Origin: an uncultured Pelagibacteraceae bacterium
Lineage (GTDB): Bacteria > Pseudomonadota > Alphaproteobacteria > Pelagibacterales > Pelagibacteraceae
Assembly: GCA_902544345.1 (NCBI GenBank)
Contig: CACCBT010000001.1
Location: 1-60,145 of the forward strand
Direction of reading: 5' to 3'
DNA length: 60,145 bases
Part shown: in pieces, positions 19,264 to 31,500 of the stretch
Numbering within the stretch: the stretch's first letter is position 1
Layout: each line of letters begins with the position of its first letter
The notes under the pieces: model-generated
What the model saw: only the letters and a program-made list of their open reading frames with translations
What the model was told of the DNA's origin: nothing
The model's database searches: none
Translations under genes and position numbers: made by a program

Positions 19264-20016
19264 TTATTTTTTTATTTTATTTAAATGAAATATATGGTGG
19301 CACACTACCGATACAGTGTTTGAAATATTTAAACTTTCAATTTTATCACTAATTCTTACTCTGAACTTAAAATCAGATTTATCTAATGTATTCGCTTTTA
19401 TACCAAATCCCTCTGATCCAAATAATAAAACATTTTTTCCATCCCAATTATTTTTAGTAAAATCTTTTGAGGCGCTAATATCAAAAGCACTAACCCAAAA
19501 ACCTTTTGTCTTTAGAAATTTTAGCGCTGTATTTATATTAGAAACTTTAAATATTTTAATATGTTCTGTACTTCCGCTTGCACTTTTATAAAGAAGTTTA
19601 CTTTTAGAGGGGAAAGATCTCTCCTTTACGATTATACCGTCAATACCAAAAGCAACCGCGCTGCGAATTATTGATCCTATATTCCTTGGATCTGTAACTT
19701 CTTCAAGTGCTATAAAGTTTAAATTTTGTTTAGTATTTTCAATTATAAATTCTTTTAAGTTTATTTCCTCTAGCTGCTCTACTTCAGCCACTAAACCTTG
19801 ATGAGCGGTTTCATCTCTTCCACATAGATTATCCAACTCTTTTTTAGACTTATAAAAAATCGGAGACTTCTTAAATAAATCCAAATTTTGATTTTCTTTG
19901 TTAAGTTTTTTTTTTGAATCTTCGGTAAGAAAAATTCTTTCAATTTTTCTAGAAGGGTTTTTTAATGCCTCCAAAACTGCATGTTTTCCAACAATTAAAA
20001 AGGTGGTTTTTTTCAT
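19264..20016 (-). CDS. rlmB: 23S rRNA 2'-O-methyltransferase (TrmH/SPOUT family, RlmB-like)
   Basis: GKHAVLEAL, HQGLVA, DPRNIGSIIRSA, FGSEGFG and ESLNIS motifs. Confidence 0.9.
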   Translation of the reverse strand: MKKTTFLIVGKHAVLEALKNPSRKIERIFLTEDSKKKLNKENQNLDLFKKSPIFYKSKKELDNLCGRDETAHQGLVAEVEQLEEINLKEFIIENTKQNLNFIALEEVTDPRNIGSIIRSAVAFGIDGIIVKERSFPSKSKLLYKSASGSTEHIKIFKVSNINTALKFLKTKGFWVSAFDISASKDFTKNNWDGKNVLLFGSEGFGIKANTLDKSDFKFRVRISDKIESLNISNTVSVVCHHIFHLNKIKK

Positions 20017-20071
20017 TACATTTAAGGCCTTTAACTCAATTTAATAGCATATTTTAAGGCAAAATGATTTA

Positions 20072-20099
20072 TTGCAATTATTTCATAAATGCTTATAAA
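20072..20099 (+). promoter_or_regulatory. Candidate promoter of the tRNA-Tyr/Gly-tuf operon
   Basis: TTGCAA-16 nt-TATAAA upstream of tRNA-Tyr. Confidence 0.4.
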
Positions 20100-20153
20100 A
20101 CCCTTGTTGTTAGATGCTTTTTAAGTTAGTGGGTATCCCACACAATAGTATTA

Positions 20154-20239
20154 GGAGGGGTACCAAAGCGGTCAAATGGGGCGGGCTGTAAACCCGTTGA
20201 CTTCGGTCTTCGAAAGTTCGAATCTTTCCCCCTCCACCA
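20154..20239 (+). tRNA. tRNA-Tyr(GUA)
   Basis: GGAGGGG/CCCCTCC acceptor stem, GCGGG-CTGTAAA-CCCGT anticodon arm, variable arm, CCA end. Confidence 0.97.
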
Positions 20240-20283
20240 AACTTAAAAGTTTAATAATAAAGAGCGCGATAAGTTTGGATATT

Positions 20284-20357
20284 GCGGGTGTAGTTCAATG
20301 GTAGAACGCTAGCCTTCCAAGCTGGATGTAAGGGTTCGATTCCCTTTACCCGCTCCA
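20284..20357 (+). tRNA. tRNA-Gly(UCC)
   Basis: GCGGGTG/TACCCGC acceptor stem, anticodon loop CTTCCAA, GGTTCGATTCC T-arm, TCCA end. Confidence 0.96.
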
Positions 20358-20390
20358 AAAATTTGAATAAAAAAAAGTGAGGAAAAATAA

Positions 20391-21590
20391 ATGTCAAAAG
20401 AAAAGTTTAACCGAAACAAACCACATTGTAACATCGGTACGATAGGTCATGTTGACCATGGTAAAACAACGCTAACAGCTGCGATAACTAAAGTATTATC
20501 TGAAGCTGGAGGTTCTAGCAGCGCGAATTTTGTTGCTTATGATCAAATTGATAAAGCACCAGAGGAAAAAGAGAGAGGAATTACAATATCAACTGCGCAC
20601 GTAGAATATGAAACAGAAAAGAGACACTATGCTCACGTAGATTGTCCCGGTCACGCAGATTACGTTAAAAATATGATTACTGGTGCTGCACAAATGGATG
20701 GAGCTATTCTAGTGGTAAATGCTGCTGATGGTCCAATGCCTCAAACAAGAGAACACATTTTATTAGCTCGACAAGTTGGAGTTCCTGCAATTGTAGTTTT
20801 CTTAAATAAAATTGACACAGTAAAAGATAAAGAACTAGTTGATTTAGTTGAAGAAGAAATTAGAGAACTTTTAACATCTTATAAGTTTCCCGGAGATAAA
20901 ATTCCTATCATTAAGGGTTCTGCGTTAAATGCTGTGGAAGGAAAAGACGAGTCCACAGGAAAAAATGCAATCATGGAATTGATGAAAGCTGTAGATGAGA
21001 CAATCCCACAACCCGATAGACCTAAAGATAAACCATTTTTGATGCCTGTAGAAGATGTTTTCTCAATCTCAGGAAGAGGTACAGTAGTGACCGGAAGAGT
21101 AGAGTCTGGTGTTATCAAAGTTGGTGAAGAAATTGAAATAGTGGGAATCCGAGATACAAAAAAATCTGTTTGTACTGGTGTCGAAATGTTTAGAAAACTT
21201 TTAGATAGCGGTGAAGCAGGAGATAATATCGGAGCTCTTTTAAGAGGTGTAGAAAGAGATGATGTTGAGAGAGGCCAAGTACTTTGTAAACCTGGCTCAA
21301 TAACACCCCATACAGAATTCGAATGTCAGGCTTATATTTTAAAAAAAGAGGAGGGTGGAAGACACACACCTTTTTTTACAAAATATAGACCACAGTTTTA
21401 TTTTAGAACAACAGACGTAACAGGGGAAGTTACATTACCTTCTGGAACTGAGATGGTTATGCCTGGTGATGATGGAAAATTTACTGTGAAATTAATCACA
21501 CCAATCGCGATGAGTGAAAACTTAAATTTTGCGATTAGAGAAGGTGGAAAAACTGTTGGAGCTGGAGTAGTAACTAAGATAGTGAAATAA
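20391..21590 (+). CDS. tuf: Elongation factor Tu
   Basis: [22 protein letters not shown] and NKID motifs. Confidence 0.99.
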   Translation: MSKEKFNRNKPHCNIGTIGHVDHGKTTLTAAITKVLSEAGGSSSANFVAYDQIDKAPEEKERGITISTAHVEYETEKRHYAHVDCPGHADYVKNMITGAAQMDGAILVVNAADGPMPQTREHILLARQVGVPAIVVFLNKIDTVKDKELVDLVEEEIRELLTSYKFPGDKIPIIKGSALNAVEGKDESTGKNAIMELMKAVDETIPQPDRPKDKPFLMPVEDVFSISGRGTVVTGRVESGVIKVGEEIEIVGIRDTKKSVCTGVEMFRKLLDSGEAGDNIGALLRGVERDDVERGQVLCKPGSITPHTEFECQAYILKKEEGGRHTPFFTKYRPQFYFRTTDVTGEVTLPSGTEMVMPGDDGKFTVKLITPIAMSENLNFAIREGGKTVGAGVVTKIVK

Positions 21591-21596
21591 ACTCTT

Positions 21597-21672
21597 AGGA
21601 GCGTAGTTCAATTGGTAGAGCGCCGGTCTCCAAAACCGGAGGTTGTGGGTTCGAGTCCCTCCGCTCCTGCCA
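21597..21672 (+). tRNA. tRNA-Trp(CCA)
   Basis: AGGAGCG/CGCTCCT acceptor stem and CCGGT-CTCCAAA-ACCGG anticodon arm; typical position before secE. Confidence 0.96.
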
Positions 21673-21688
21673 GATTTTAGGAAATTTT

Positions 21689-21880
21689 ATGAAAAACCCT
21701 TTAAAATTTATTCAAGAAGTTAAACAAGAAACTTTTAGAATAACCTGGCCGACTAAAAAAGAAACTATGATGGGTGCAGTGATGGTTTTTGTTCTATCAA
21801 CTGTCGCAGCTATTTTTTTTCTTATTTTAGATCAAATACTGAGGTTTTTATTAAATATAATTCTAACAATTAATTTTTGA
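21689..21880 (+). CDS. secE: Preprotein translocase SecE
   Basis: EVKQE...ITWPTKKET motif plus a TM helix. Confidence 0.95.
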   Translation: MKNPLKFIQEVKQETFRITWPTKKETMMGAVMVFVLSTVAAIFFLILDQILRFLLNIILTINF

Positions 21881-21883
21881 TAT

Positions 21884-22408
21884 ATGAGTTGGTATATTGT
21901 TCAAGCATATTCGGGATTTGAAAAGAAAGTTGTAGAATCTATAAAGGATGAACTTAAAAAACATAAACTAACAGATAATTTGCAAGAAATTTTAGTGCCT
22001 ACACATCAGGTCACTGAAGTAAAAAAAGGAAAGCGCACAAAAAAAGAGAAAAAATTTTTTCCTGGATATGTTTTGATAAAAATTGAATTAACTAAACAAA
22101 TTTATCATTTAATAAAAAATCTTCAAAAAGTCAGTGGTTTTCTGGGCTCTTCTGATAAACCAACTCCAATATCAGATGATGAAATTAAAAGAATCTTAGG
22201 TCAAGTTTCAGAAACTGCAGTTTCTCAAAAAGCAGGCATAAATTTTGAAATTGGTGAGAAAGTCAAAGTATGTGATGGACCTTTTGCTTCATTTAATGGT
22301 TTAATTGAGGAAATTGATGAAGAAAAATCTAGACTTAAAGTATCAGTTTCTATATTTGGTAGAGCAACACCTGTTGATTTAGAATTTAATCAAGTGGAGA
22401 AAAATTAA
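21884..22408 (+). CDS. nusG: Transcription termination/antitermination factor NusG
   Basis: [21 protein letters not shown] motif and IFGRATPV. Confidence 0.98.
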   Translation: MSWYIVQAYSGFEKKVVESIKDELKKHKLTDNLQEILVPTHQVTEVKKGKRTKKEKKFFPGYVLIKIELTKQIYHLIKNLQKVSGFLGSSDKPTPISDDEIKRILGQVSETAVSQKAGINFEIGEKVKVCDGPFASFNGLIEEIDEEKSRLKVSVSIFGRATPVDLEFNQVEKN

Positions 22409-22833
22409 TGGCAAAAGAAATTACAGGATATGTTAAATTGCAAATTAAAGGAGGTCAGGCCAATCCAGCTCCTCCTGTTGGACCTGCATTAGGACAAAGA
22501 GGAATTAACATTATGGAGTTCTGTAAAGCTTTTAACGAAAAGACAAAAGCTTTTATGGGCAAACCAGTTCCTGTAGTAATAACAGTTTACAAAGATAAAA
22601 AATTTGATTTTATTATTAAATCTCCACCTGCATCTCATTTTATAAGAGAAGCAGCTAAACTTAAAAGTGGCTCTAGTGAACCAGGAAGAGTTGTTGCAGG
22701 AAGCATTACAATGAAACAAGCAGAAGCTATAGCTAAAGAAAAAATGAAAGATTTAAATGCCTTTGATTTAAAAGAAGCAACAAAAATCATTTGTGGATCA
22801 GCAAGATCAATGGGAATTGAAGTTAAAGAATAA
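22408..22833 (+). CDS. rplK: 50S ribosomal protein L11
   Basis: [13 protein letters not shown] motif. Confidence 0.98.
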   Translation: MAKEITGYVKLQIKGGQANPAPPVGPALGQRGINIMEFCKAFNEKTKAFMGKPVPVVITVYKDKKFDFIIKSPPASHFIREAAKLKSGSSEPGRVVAGSITMKQAEAIAKEKMKDLNAFDLKEATKIICGSARSMGIEVKE

Positions 22834-22835
22834 TT

Positions 22836-23522
22836 ATGAAAAAGAGATCTAAAAGATATAAAACAATTTTAAAATTATCTCAAAAAGGCAAAAAAATTGA
22901 AACAAAAGAAGTTTTAGAACTAGTTAAAAAGAATTCCATTTCAAAGTTTGATGAGTCGATCGATGTTTCTCTAAGGATTAATCTTAAACAAACAAAAGGT
23001 GGAGATCTCAGTTTAAGAACAACAGTTAATTTACCTAATGGTTCAGGAAAAAAAAATACCATCGCGGTTTTGTGTGAAGCAGATAAAGTTGAAGAGGCTA
23101 AAAAAGCTGGTGCCGATGTGTTTGGTTCAGATGATTTATTAGAAAAAATAGCAGCAGGTAAATTAAATTTTACTAAACTTATATGCACTACAGGTATGAT
23201 GGGGAAAATTGGCAAACACGGAAAAGTTTTAGGACCGAAAGGTTTAATGCCAAATCCTAAATTGGGAACAGTCACAAATGATATTGCAAAAGCTGTAAAA
23301 GATATAAAAACAGGATTGATTGAAATCAGAAATGATAAGGATGGAAATCTTAGTTCGACCATTGGAAGAAAAAGTTTTTCTACGGAAAAGCTTTTAGAGA
23401 ATTATAAACATTTCATTGAAAGTGTTAAAAAAGAAAAACCTGACACAATAAAAGGTGAATTTATAAAAAGTGTTTTTATTTCATCAACAATGGGTATTTC
23501 TTACAGAGTAGGAGCAAAATAA
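22836..23522 (+). CDS. rplA: 50S ribosomal protein L1
   Basis: KFDESID, LGPKGLMPNPKLGTVT and SSTMG motifs. Confidence 0.98.
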   Translation: MKKRSKRYKTILKLSQKGKKIETKEVLELVKKNSISKFDESIDVSLRINLKQTKGGDLSLRTTVNLPNGSGKKNTIAVLCEADKVEEAKKAGADVFGSDDLLEKIAAGKLNFTKLICTTGMMGKIGKHGKVLGPKGLMPNPKLGTVTNDIAKAVKDIKTGLIEIRNDKDGNLSSTIGRKSFSTEKLLENYKHFIESVKKEKPDTIKGEFIKSVFISSTMGISYRVGAK

Positions 23523-23525
23523 ATT

Positions 23526-24038
23526 ATGATGTCTAAAGAAGCAAAGAAAAATTATGTGGAGGAAATGAAGAAAAGCTTAACTGACAATGAGTCGGTAATG
23601 ATAGCTCAATATCAAGGACTTAATGTTAACGAGTTAGATTCTCTAAGAAAAGAGTTAAGAGAAAAAGGAATTTTATTTAAAATTACAAAAAATCGAATTA
23701 CTAAGATTGCTATTAAAGAGACTCCCAAAAAGGATTTAGAAAAATATTTTGTTGGCCCAACAGCTGCAGCAATTTCTTCTGACCCAATTTCAACCGCTAA
23801 GATTTTGACTAAATTTTCAAAGTCTAACAATAAGTTAAAAATTATTGCAGGATTCATGGATGGTAAGGTTTTGGACGATAAAGAGGTGTCAGTAATTGCC
23901 ACACTACCTTCATTAGAAGAAGCGAGGGCTAAAATAGTGGGAATTTTAGCTTCTCCAGCTCAAAAATTAGTAAGTATTTTACTTGCACCTGGCTCAAAAA
24001 TTGCTAATTTAGCGCGCGCAAAGAGTTTAAAACAATAA
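23526..24038 (+). CDS. rplJ: 50S ribosomal protein L10
   Basis: YQGLNV...LRKELR, KN and ATLPSLEE motifs; conserved synteny. Confidence 0.96.
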   Translation: MMSKEAKKNYVEEMKKSLTDNESVMIAQYQGLNVNELDSLRKELREKGILFKITKNRITKIAIKETPKKDLEKYFVGPTAAAISSDPISTAKILTKFSKSNNKLKIIAGFMDGKVLDDKEVSVIATLPSLEEARAKIVGILASPAQKLVSILLAPGSKIANLARAKSLKQ

Positions 24039-24053
24039 TTCATAGGAAATAAA

Positions 24054-24425
24054 ATGGCAGATTTAAATAAAATTATAGATGAACTTTCAACTTTAACAGT
24101 GGTTGAAGCAGCTGAACTTTCTAAACAGCTTGAAGAAAAGTGGGGTGTAACAGCAGCTGCACCAGTAGCAGCAGCACCTGCAGGTGGAGCAGCAGCTCCA
24201 GCTGGAGAAGAAAAATCAGAATTCTCGCTTTTTTTGGCTGCAGCAGGTGAAAAGAAAATAAACGTTATTAAAGAAGTAAGAGCTATAACTGGTTTAGGCT
24301 TAAAAGAAGCTAAAGATTTAGTAGAAGCAGCACCAAAAGAGATTAAAGGTGGTGTGGCTAAAAAAGACGCTGAAGAATTTAAAAAGAAACTCGAGGCGGC
24401 TGGAGCTAAAGTAGAATTAAAGTAA
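24054..24425 (+). CDS. rplL: 50S ribosomal protein L7/L12
   Basis: Ala-rich hinge and [20 protein letters not shown] motif. Confidence 0.98.
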   Translation: MADLNKIIDELSTLTVVEAAELSKQLEEKWGVTAAAPVAAAPAGGAAAPAGEEKSEFSLFLAAAGEKKINVIKEVRAITGLGLKEAKDLVEAAPKEIKGGVAKKDAEEFKKKLEAAGAKVELK

Positions 24426-24439
24426 ACAAAATTTGTAAC

Positions 24440-24484
24440 GTGTTTTCGTTGTAAGTAGAACTTACGACAACACACTTTTATTTA
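24440..24484 (+). terminator. Hairpin between rplL and rpoB (candidate attenuator)
   Basis: GTGTT-TTC-GTTGTAAG-TAGAA-CTTACGAC-AACAC followed by ACTTTTATTTA. Confidence 0.5.
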
Positions 24485-27400
24485 ATGCAATTATCTTTTA
24501 CTCAAAAGAAAAATATTAGAAAAAACTTTGGAAAATTAATTGAAGGTCTATCTATTCCAAATCTTATCGAAGTTCAAAAAAACTCGTATAATGAATTTTT
24601 AGAGTCTAAATCACTTAATGAACAACTTTCTGAGTTGTCAAAAGGAATTGACAAAGTTTTTAGAAGTATTTTCCCAATAGAAGATGGTAATGATAAATCT
24701 ACTTTAGAATATATTTCCTATAAATTAGAAAAACCAAAGTTCGATGTCATAGAATGTAAACAAAGAAGTTTATCATACTCTGCCGCACTTAAAGCGAATC
24801 TACGTCTAGTTGTTTATGACATTGATACAGAAAACAATACTAAACAAATTTTATCTGCTAAAGAGCAAGAAGTATTTATTGGCGACTTACCGCTAATGAC
24901 TCCAAGTGCAACATTTATTACTAATGGAGTAGAAAGAGTCGTAGTTAACCAAATGCATAGAAGCCCTGGAGTTTTTTTTGATCATGATAAAGGAAAAACG
25001 CACGCAAGCGGCAAACTTTTGTTCAATTGTCGAATAATACCAGGCAGAGGGTCTTGGCTTGATTTTGAATTTGATCCTAAAGATATATTATATTTTAGAA
25101 TTGACAGAAAAAAGAAATTACCAATAACAACAATATTATACGCATTAGGTTTTACAAAAGAAAAAATCATCGAAACATTTTACACTACCAAAAAATATTC
25201 TTATGACACTGATAAAAAATATTGGGTTACAGATTTTGATCCTGAAAACTATAAAAGGCCTATCAAAATTTCTTATGACTTAATTGATAATGTAAGTGGA
25301 AAAAAAATTTTATCTAAGGGCGAAAAATTAAATATTGTTATTGCAAGAAAATTACAAGAAAAAGGTTTAAAATCAATTGTTGTTTTTAATGAAGAAATAG
25401 TTGGAAAATATTTATCAAAAGATATCAAAGATAAGAATGGTCAAAATATTATTGGAGCGGGTTTTGATATTACAGAGGAGCAATTAAATAAAATAATAAG
25501 TCAAGAGGAGAAGACACTTCATATAGCAAATATAGACCCAATTAATAAAGGACCTTATATTTTAGAGTCTTTAAAAATAGATAAAAACTTTAATAAGTCA
25601 GATGCTCTGAATGATATTTATAAAGTTTTAAGGCCAGGCGAAGCTCCCTCACTAGAAATAGCAGAAGAAATTTTCAAAAATTTGTATTTCAAAAAAGAAA
25701 GGTACGATCTTTCGGAGGTGGGAAGAGTAAAACTTAACTCAAAACTTGACTTAAAAACAAGTCCAAAAAAAACAATTTTAGAAACACAGGATATTATCGC
25801 GATTATAAAGTTTATGTTAGATCTGAGAGATGGAAAAGGTGATGTAGATGATATAGACCATCTTGGGAATAGAAGAGTTAGATCAGTGGGTGAATTAGTT
25901 GAAAATCAGTTCAGAATAGGTCTTTTGAGAACTGAGAGAACCGTGAAAGAAAAAATGTCAACGTTTTTAGAAATCGAGTCAGCGATGCCCCAAGATTTGA
26001 TTAATGCAAAGCCTATTACAACTTCACTTAAAGATTTTTTTGCAACCTCTCAACTTTCACAATTTATGGATCAAACTAATCCTTTATCAGAGATCACTCA
26101 TAAAAGAAGAGTTTCTGCTTTAGGACCAGGTGGATTAACAAGAGAAAGAGCAGGATTTGAAGTAAGAGATGTTCATCCCACTCATTATGGAAGAATTTGC
26201 CCAATTGAGACACCAGAGGGACCAAATATTGGTTTAATTAATAGTTTAGCTACTTATTGCAGAGTTAATAAATTTGGATATATTGAAAGTCCATATAAAA
26301 AAGTAGTAAATGGAAAAGTAACCTCAGAAATTAAATATCTCTCAGCCATAGAAGAAGAAAAGTATACGATTGCTCAGGCTAATTCATCTCTTAAAAAAGA
26401 TGGCTCTTTTAATGAGGAATTAGTTGCATGTAGAAAAAATTTAAATTTTGAACTTTCCAATAGAGATAATATAGACTTTATTGATGTTTCTCCTAAACAA
26501 TTAGTTTCTGTAGCCGCTGCACTTATCCCATTTTTAGAAAATGATGATGCTAATAGAGCTTTAATGGGATCGAATATGATGAGACAAGCAGTTCCATTGT
26601 TAAAACCAGAGTCACCTCTAGTTGGCACTGGTATAGAGGCCGATGTAGCACTTGATTCTGGAGTTACAATTGTTGCCAAAAGAAATGGCGTGGTTGATAA
26701 AATTGATGGAAAAAGAATTGTTGTTAAGGTGACAGATGTAACTGATTTATCCCAGTCTGCTGTAGATATTTATAACTTATCAAAATTTCAAAGATCAAAC
26801 CAAAATACATGTATAAATCAAAAACCACTTGTTAAAGTTGGAGATAAAATAAAGAAAGGAGATATTATTGCTGATGGTCCAGCTACAAAACTTGGAGAAT
26901 TAGCGCTTGGAAAAAACGTCACTGTAGCTTTTATGCCATGGCAAGGATATAATTTTGAAGACTCAATTCTAATATCTGAAAGATGTGTTACGGACGATGT
27001 TTTTACTTCGGTACATATTGAAGAATATGAGTCTATGGCTAGAGACACCAAGCTAGGAGCTGAAGAGATCACTAGAGACATTCCAAATGTTAGTGAGGAA
27101 AGTTTAAGAAACTTGGATGAATCGGGTATTGTTTACGTCGGAGCTGAGGTAAAACCAGGGGATATACTTGTGGGGAAAGTTACGCCAAAAAGTGAAACCT
27201 CCTCAAGTCCCGAAGAAAAATTATTAAGATCTATTTTTGGTGAAAAAGCTACTGACGTTAGAGACTCTTCGCTAAAATTACCTTCTGGAAGTACAGGAGT
27301 TGTTATTGACGTAAGAGTATTTAATAGACACGGAATTGAAAAAGACGAAAGATCTATAGCTATTGAAAGAGCTGAAATTGAGTCAGTTCAAGAGGATAAA

Positions 27401-28576
27401 AAGGTAGAGGAAGAAATATTAAATCGTAATATAAAACTAAGAGTTATAGATTTACTTAACGGGCAAAGTATAAATAAACAATTTAAAGAATTAAAACCGG
27501 GCACAACTTTAAATAAAAACGATTTTGAGAATCTAAACTTGAAAGATTTGTGGAAATTTTCATTTCAAAAAGAGGAAATAAATATAGATCTAGAAAAGCT
27601 TAAAAATCAATTTGATAATGCCTCAGAGGATATCAAATTACGTTTCGAGGACAAAGTAACTAAAATACAGCAAGGAGATGATTTATTACCTACAGTTATG
27701 AAGGTAGTGAAAGTATTTGTAGCAGTTAAAAGGAGATTGATGCCAGGAGATAAAATGGCTGGAAGACACGGAAACAAAGGAGTTGTAAGTAAAATAGTTC
27801 CTATTGAAGATATGCCTTACATGGAAAATGGTAAACCAGTTGACATAGTTCTTAATCCTTTAGGAGTTCCAAGCCGAATGAACGTTGGGCAGATTTTAGA
27901 GACACACTTAGGATGGTCTTGTTCTGAATTAGGCGACCAAATAAAAAAATATTTAAAAAATTTTGAAGAAGAAATTAATAAAATCAAATCTAAACTTAAA
28001 GAGATTTATGGAGACGATTATTATAATGAAGTAATTTCAAAATTCTCTAATAAAGAAATAGCGGAATTAATTCAAAATTTGTCAAATGGAGTTCCAATAG
28101 CAACTCCAGTATTTGATGGTGCAAGCACTAAGGCAATTACTGAAATGCTTGATTTAGCCAAGCTTCCAAAAACTGGACAAACTCACTTATGGAACGGTCA
28201 AACAGGAGAAAGATTCGATAGACCAGTTACTGTTGGGATAATTTATATGCTTAAGCTTAACCACCTTGTTGAAGATAAAATACACGCTAGATCAACCGGA
28301 CCATATAGTTTAGTAACTCAACAACCTTTAGGAGGCAAAGCACAATCTGGTGGACAAAGATTTGGTGAAATGGAGGTTTGGGCTTTAGAAGCATATGGTG
28401 CCTCTTATACATTACAAGAAATACTTACTGTTAAATCTGACGATGTTGCTGGTAGAACTAAAGTTTACGAAACTATTGTTAAAGGAAATAATAACTTTGA
28501 GTCAGGAGTGCCAGAGTCTTTTAATGTTTTAGTGAAAGAAATTAGAGCGTTAGGATTAAACATTGAACTAAACTAA
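24485..28576 (+). CDS. rpoB: RNA polymerase beta subunit
   Basis: [33 protein letters not shown] and [10 protein letters not shown] motifs. Confidence 0.99.
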   Translation: MQLSFTQKKNIRKNFGKLIEGLSIPNLIEVQKNSYNEFLESKSLNEQLSELSKGIDKVFRSIFPIEDGNDKSTLEYISYKLEKPKFDVIECKQRSLSYSAALKANLRLVVYDIDTENNTKQILSAKEQEVFIGDLPLMTPSATFITNGVERVVVNQMHRSPGVFFDHDKGKTHASGKLLFNCRIIPGRGSWLDFEFDPKDILYFRIDRKKKLPITTILYALGFTKEKIIETFYTTKKYSYDTDKKYWVTDFDPENYKRPIKISYDLIDNVSGKKILSKGEKLNIVIARKLQEKGLKSIVVFNEEIVGKYLSKDIKDKNGQNIIGAGFDITEEQLNKIISQEEKTLHIANIDPINKGPYILESLKIDKNFNKSDALNDIYKVLRPGEAPSLEIAEEIFKNLYFKKERYDLSEVGRVKLNSKLDLKTSPKKTILETQDIIAIIKFMLDLRDGKGDVDDIDHLGNRRVRSVGELVENQFRIGLLRTERTVKEKMSTFLEIESAMPQDLINAKPITTSLKDFFATSQLSQFMDQTNPLSEITHKRRVSALGPGGLTRERAGFEVRDVHPTHYGRICPIETPEGPNIGLINSLATYCRVNKFGYIESPYKKVVNGKVTSEIKYLSAIEEEKYTIAQANSSLKKDGSFNEELVACRKNLNFELSNRDNIDFIDVSPKQLVSVAAALIPFLENDDANRALMGSNMMRQAVPLLKPESPLVGTGIEADVALDSGVTIVAKRNGVVDKIDGKRIVVKVTDVTDLSQSAVDIYNLSKFQRSNQNTCINQKPLVKVGDKIKKGDIIADGPATKLGELALGKNVTVAFMPWQGYNFEDSILISERCVTDDVFTSVHIEEYESMARDTKLGAEEITRDIPNVSEESLRNLDESGIVYVGAEVKPGDILVGKVTPKSETSSSPEEKLLRSIFGEKATDVRDSSLKLPSGSTGVVIDVRVFNRHGIEKDERSIAIERAEIESVQEDKKVEEEILNRNIKLRVIDLLNGQSINKQFKELKPGTTLNKNDFENLNLKDLWKFSFQKEEINIDLEKLKNQFDNASEDIKLRFEDKVTKIQQGDDLLPTVMKVVKVFVAVKRRLMPGDKMAGRHGNKGVVSKIVPIEDMPYMENGKPVDIVLNPLGVPSRMNVGQILETHLGWSCSELGDQIKKYLKNFEEEINKIKSKLKEIYGDDYYNEVISKFSNKEIAELIQNLSNGVPIATPVFDGASTKAITEMLDLAKLPKTGQTHLWNGQTGERFDRPVTVGIIYMLKLNHLVEDKIHARSTGPYSLVTQQPLGGKAQSGGQRFGEMEVWALEAYGASYTLQEILTVKSDDVAGRTKVYETIVKGNNNFESGVPESFNVLVKEIRALGLNIELN

Positions 28577-28578
28577 TT

Positions 28579-31500
28579 ATGGAAAAAAATCTTACCAAAA
28601 ATTTTAACAATCAAAATTTGCCCCAAGAAAATACTTTTGACAGTATAAAAATTACTTTAGCAAGCCCAGAAAAGATTAAATCCTGGTCTTTCGGTGAGAT
28701 AAAAAAACCAGAAACTATAAATTACAGAACTTTTAGACCTGAAAAAGATGGTTTGTTTTGCTCAAGAATATTTGGACCTGTTAAAGATTATGAATGTTTG
28801 TGTGGAAAATACAAACGAATGAAATTTAGAGGAATTATTTGTGAGAAATGTGGAGTAGAAGTCACTAAATCCAATGTGCGTAGAGAGAGAATGGGTCATA
28901 TTGATTTAGCTTGTCCTGTTGCGCATATTTGGTTTTTAAAATCTTTACCAAGCAGAATATCTTTAGCGATTGATATGAAACTAAAAGAGGTAGAGAAAGT
29001 TTTATATTTTGAAAGTTTTATTATTATTGAGCCGGGATTAACTACTTTAAAAAAAGGTCAACTAATTTCAGAAGAAGCCCTTCTCAAGGCACAAGAAGAA
29101 TTTGGTGAAGACGCATTTACTGCTGGAATAGGAGCTGAAGCAGTTAGAGAAATTTTAGTTAGTTTAGATTTGAAAAAAGAACAAAAAAAATTAAGAGAGT
29201 CATTAACAGAAATTAAATCTAAAGTTACTGAAGAAAGAACCATAAAGAGGTTAAAATTAATAGAATCTTTCATCTCATCTGGAAATAAACCTGAATGGAT
29301 GATTTTGACTTCAATTCCGGTAATTCCTCCCGAGCTAAGACCTTTGGTGCCTCTTGATGGAGGAAGATTTGCCACTTCAGATTTAAATGATTTGTATCGA
29401 AGAGTCATTAATAGAAATAATAGATTAAAAAGATTATTAGATCTTAAAGCACCAGACATAATTGTAAGAAACGAAAAAAGAATGTTGCAAGAGTCTGTTG
29501 ATGCTTTATTTGATAATGGAAGAAGAGGTAGAGTAATAACAGGCACAGGAAAACGTCCTTTAAAATCTTTAGCTGAAATGTTGAAAGGGAAACAAGGAAG
29601 GTTTAGACAAAACTTATTGGGTAAAAGAGTAGACTATTCTGGAAGATCAGTGATCGTAGTTGGTCCAGAATTAAAATTACATCAGTGCGGCCTACCAAAA
29701 AAAATGGCACTGGAATTATTTAAACCCTTTTTGTACGCAAGATTAGACAAACTAGGATTAGCTACAACTATAAAACAAGCAAAAAGACTTGTTGAAAAAG
29801 AAAAAAGCGAGGTTTGGGACTCTTTAGAGCATATTATAAGAGAGCACCCTATTTTATTAAATAGAGCTCCAACTTTACACCGATTAGGTGTTCAGGCTTT
29901 TGAAGCTAAACTTATCGAAGGAAATGCAATTGAATTACATCCTTTGGTATGTGCTGCATTTAATGCTGATTTCGATGGCGATCAAATGGCTGTTCATATT
30001 CCTCTGAGTTTAGAGGCACAACTTGAAGCTAGAGTATTAATGATGTCAACAAATAACATATTAAGCCCATCAAATGGAAAACCAATAATAGTACCAAGTC
30101 AAGATATTGTTTTAGGAATATATTATTTATCTCAATCTGCAGAAAAAGAAGAAAAAAAACCTAAAGGAATTTTTTCAAGTGTAGAGGAAATCGAACAAGC
30201 TTTAGAGAATAAATCTATTAGTTTACATTCACATATTATCTCAACTTTTGAGACAATTGACTCTAATGGAAATAAAATTGTTGAAAAACACTCAAGCACT
30301 GCCGGAAGGTTTCTTTTAGCAAATTTACTACCAAAAAATGATAATATTAAATTTAGTCTGGTAAATAAATTACTTACAAAAAAAAGTGTTTCAGAAGTAA
30401 TAGATACAATTTTCAGATACTGTGGGCAAAAAGAAACAGTTATCTTTTGTGATAAAATTAAAGATCTTGGTTTCAAACATGCCTTTAAAGCCGGTATTTC
30501 TTTCGGTAAAGACGATTTGATAATTCCAAAAACAAAAGAAAACTTAATAAACAATACCAAAAAACAAATTGAGGAATATGAAAAACAATATTCTGATGGA
30601 TTGATAACAAGAGGTGAAAAATACAATAAAGTGGTTGATATCTGGTCTAAATGTACAGACACTGTAGCAAATGAGATGATGAAAGAAATTTCATCTGCAG
30701 AAAAAGTATACGAAGATGATAGGATTGAAACAAATTCAGTATATATGATGGCAGACTCTGGGGCTAGAGGCTCCCAAGCACAAATGAAACAATTAGCTGG
30801 TATGAGAGGTTTAATTGCTAAACCTTCTGGAGAAATTATTGAAACACCAATTATTTCAAATTTTAAAGAGGGATTATCCGTTTTAGAATATTTTAACTCT
30901 ACGCATGGAGCACGAAAAGGTTTAGCGGATACTGCTTTAAAAACTGCAAATTCAGGATATTTAACAAGAAGATTATGTGATGTTGCTCAAGACGTTCAAA
31001 TAACAAAAAAAGAATGTGATCCAAAAAAGAGATCCTCAGTAAATATATCTGAGATTATTGAAGGAGGAAACATATTAGTGAGTTTATCAGAGAGAGTTCT
31101 GGGTCGAGTAATAGCTGAAAATATAAAGAATCCTGTTACTGGGGAAGTCATTATTAAAAAAGATAAGTTAATTGATGAATTTGATTGTGAAAAAATTGAT
31201 GCTGCCGGTGTAAAATCGATAAATGTTTATTCTGTCATAACTTGCGCTTCTACTAGAGGAGTATGTCAAATTTGCTATGGAAGAGATTTAGCAAGAGGCA
31301 AATTGGTCAGCGTAGGCGAGGCAGTAGGGATGATAGCGGCCCAATCAATTGGTGAACCGGGGACGCAGTTAACCATGAGAACCTTTCACGTAGGAGGTAC
31401 AGCTCAAATTAAAGAAGAGTCCCAAATAGTTGCACAAACGAATGGAAAATTAAATATTATTAATAAAAACCTAATTGAGGATTCTAAAAAAAATACAATA

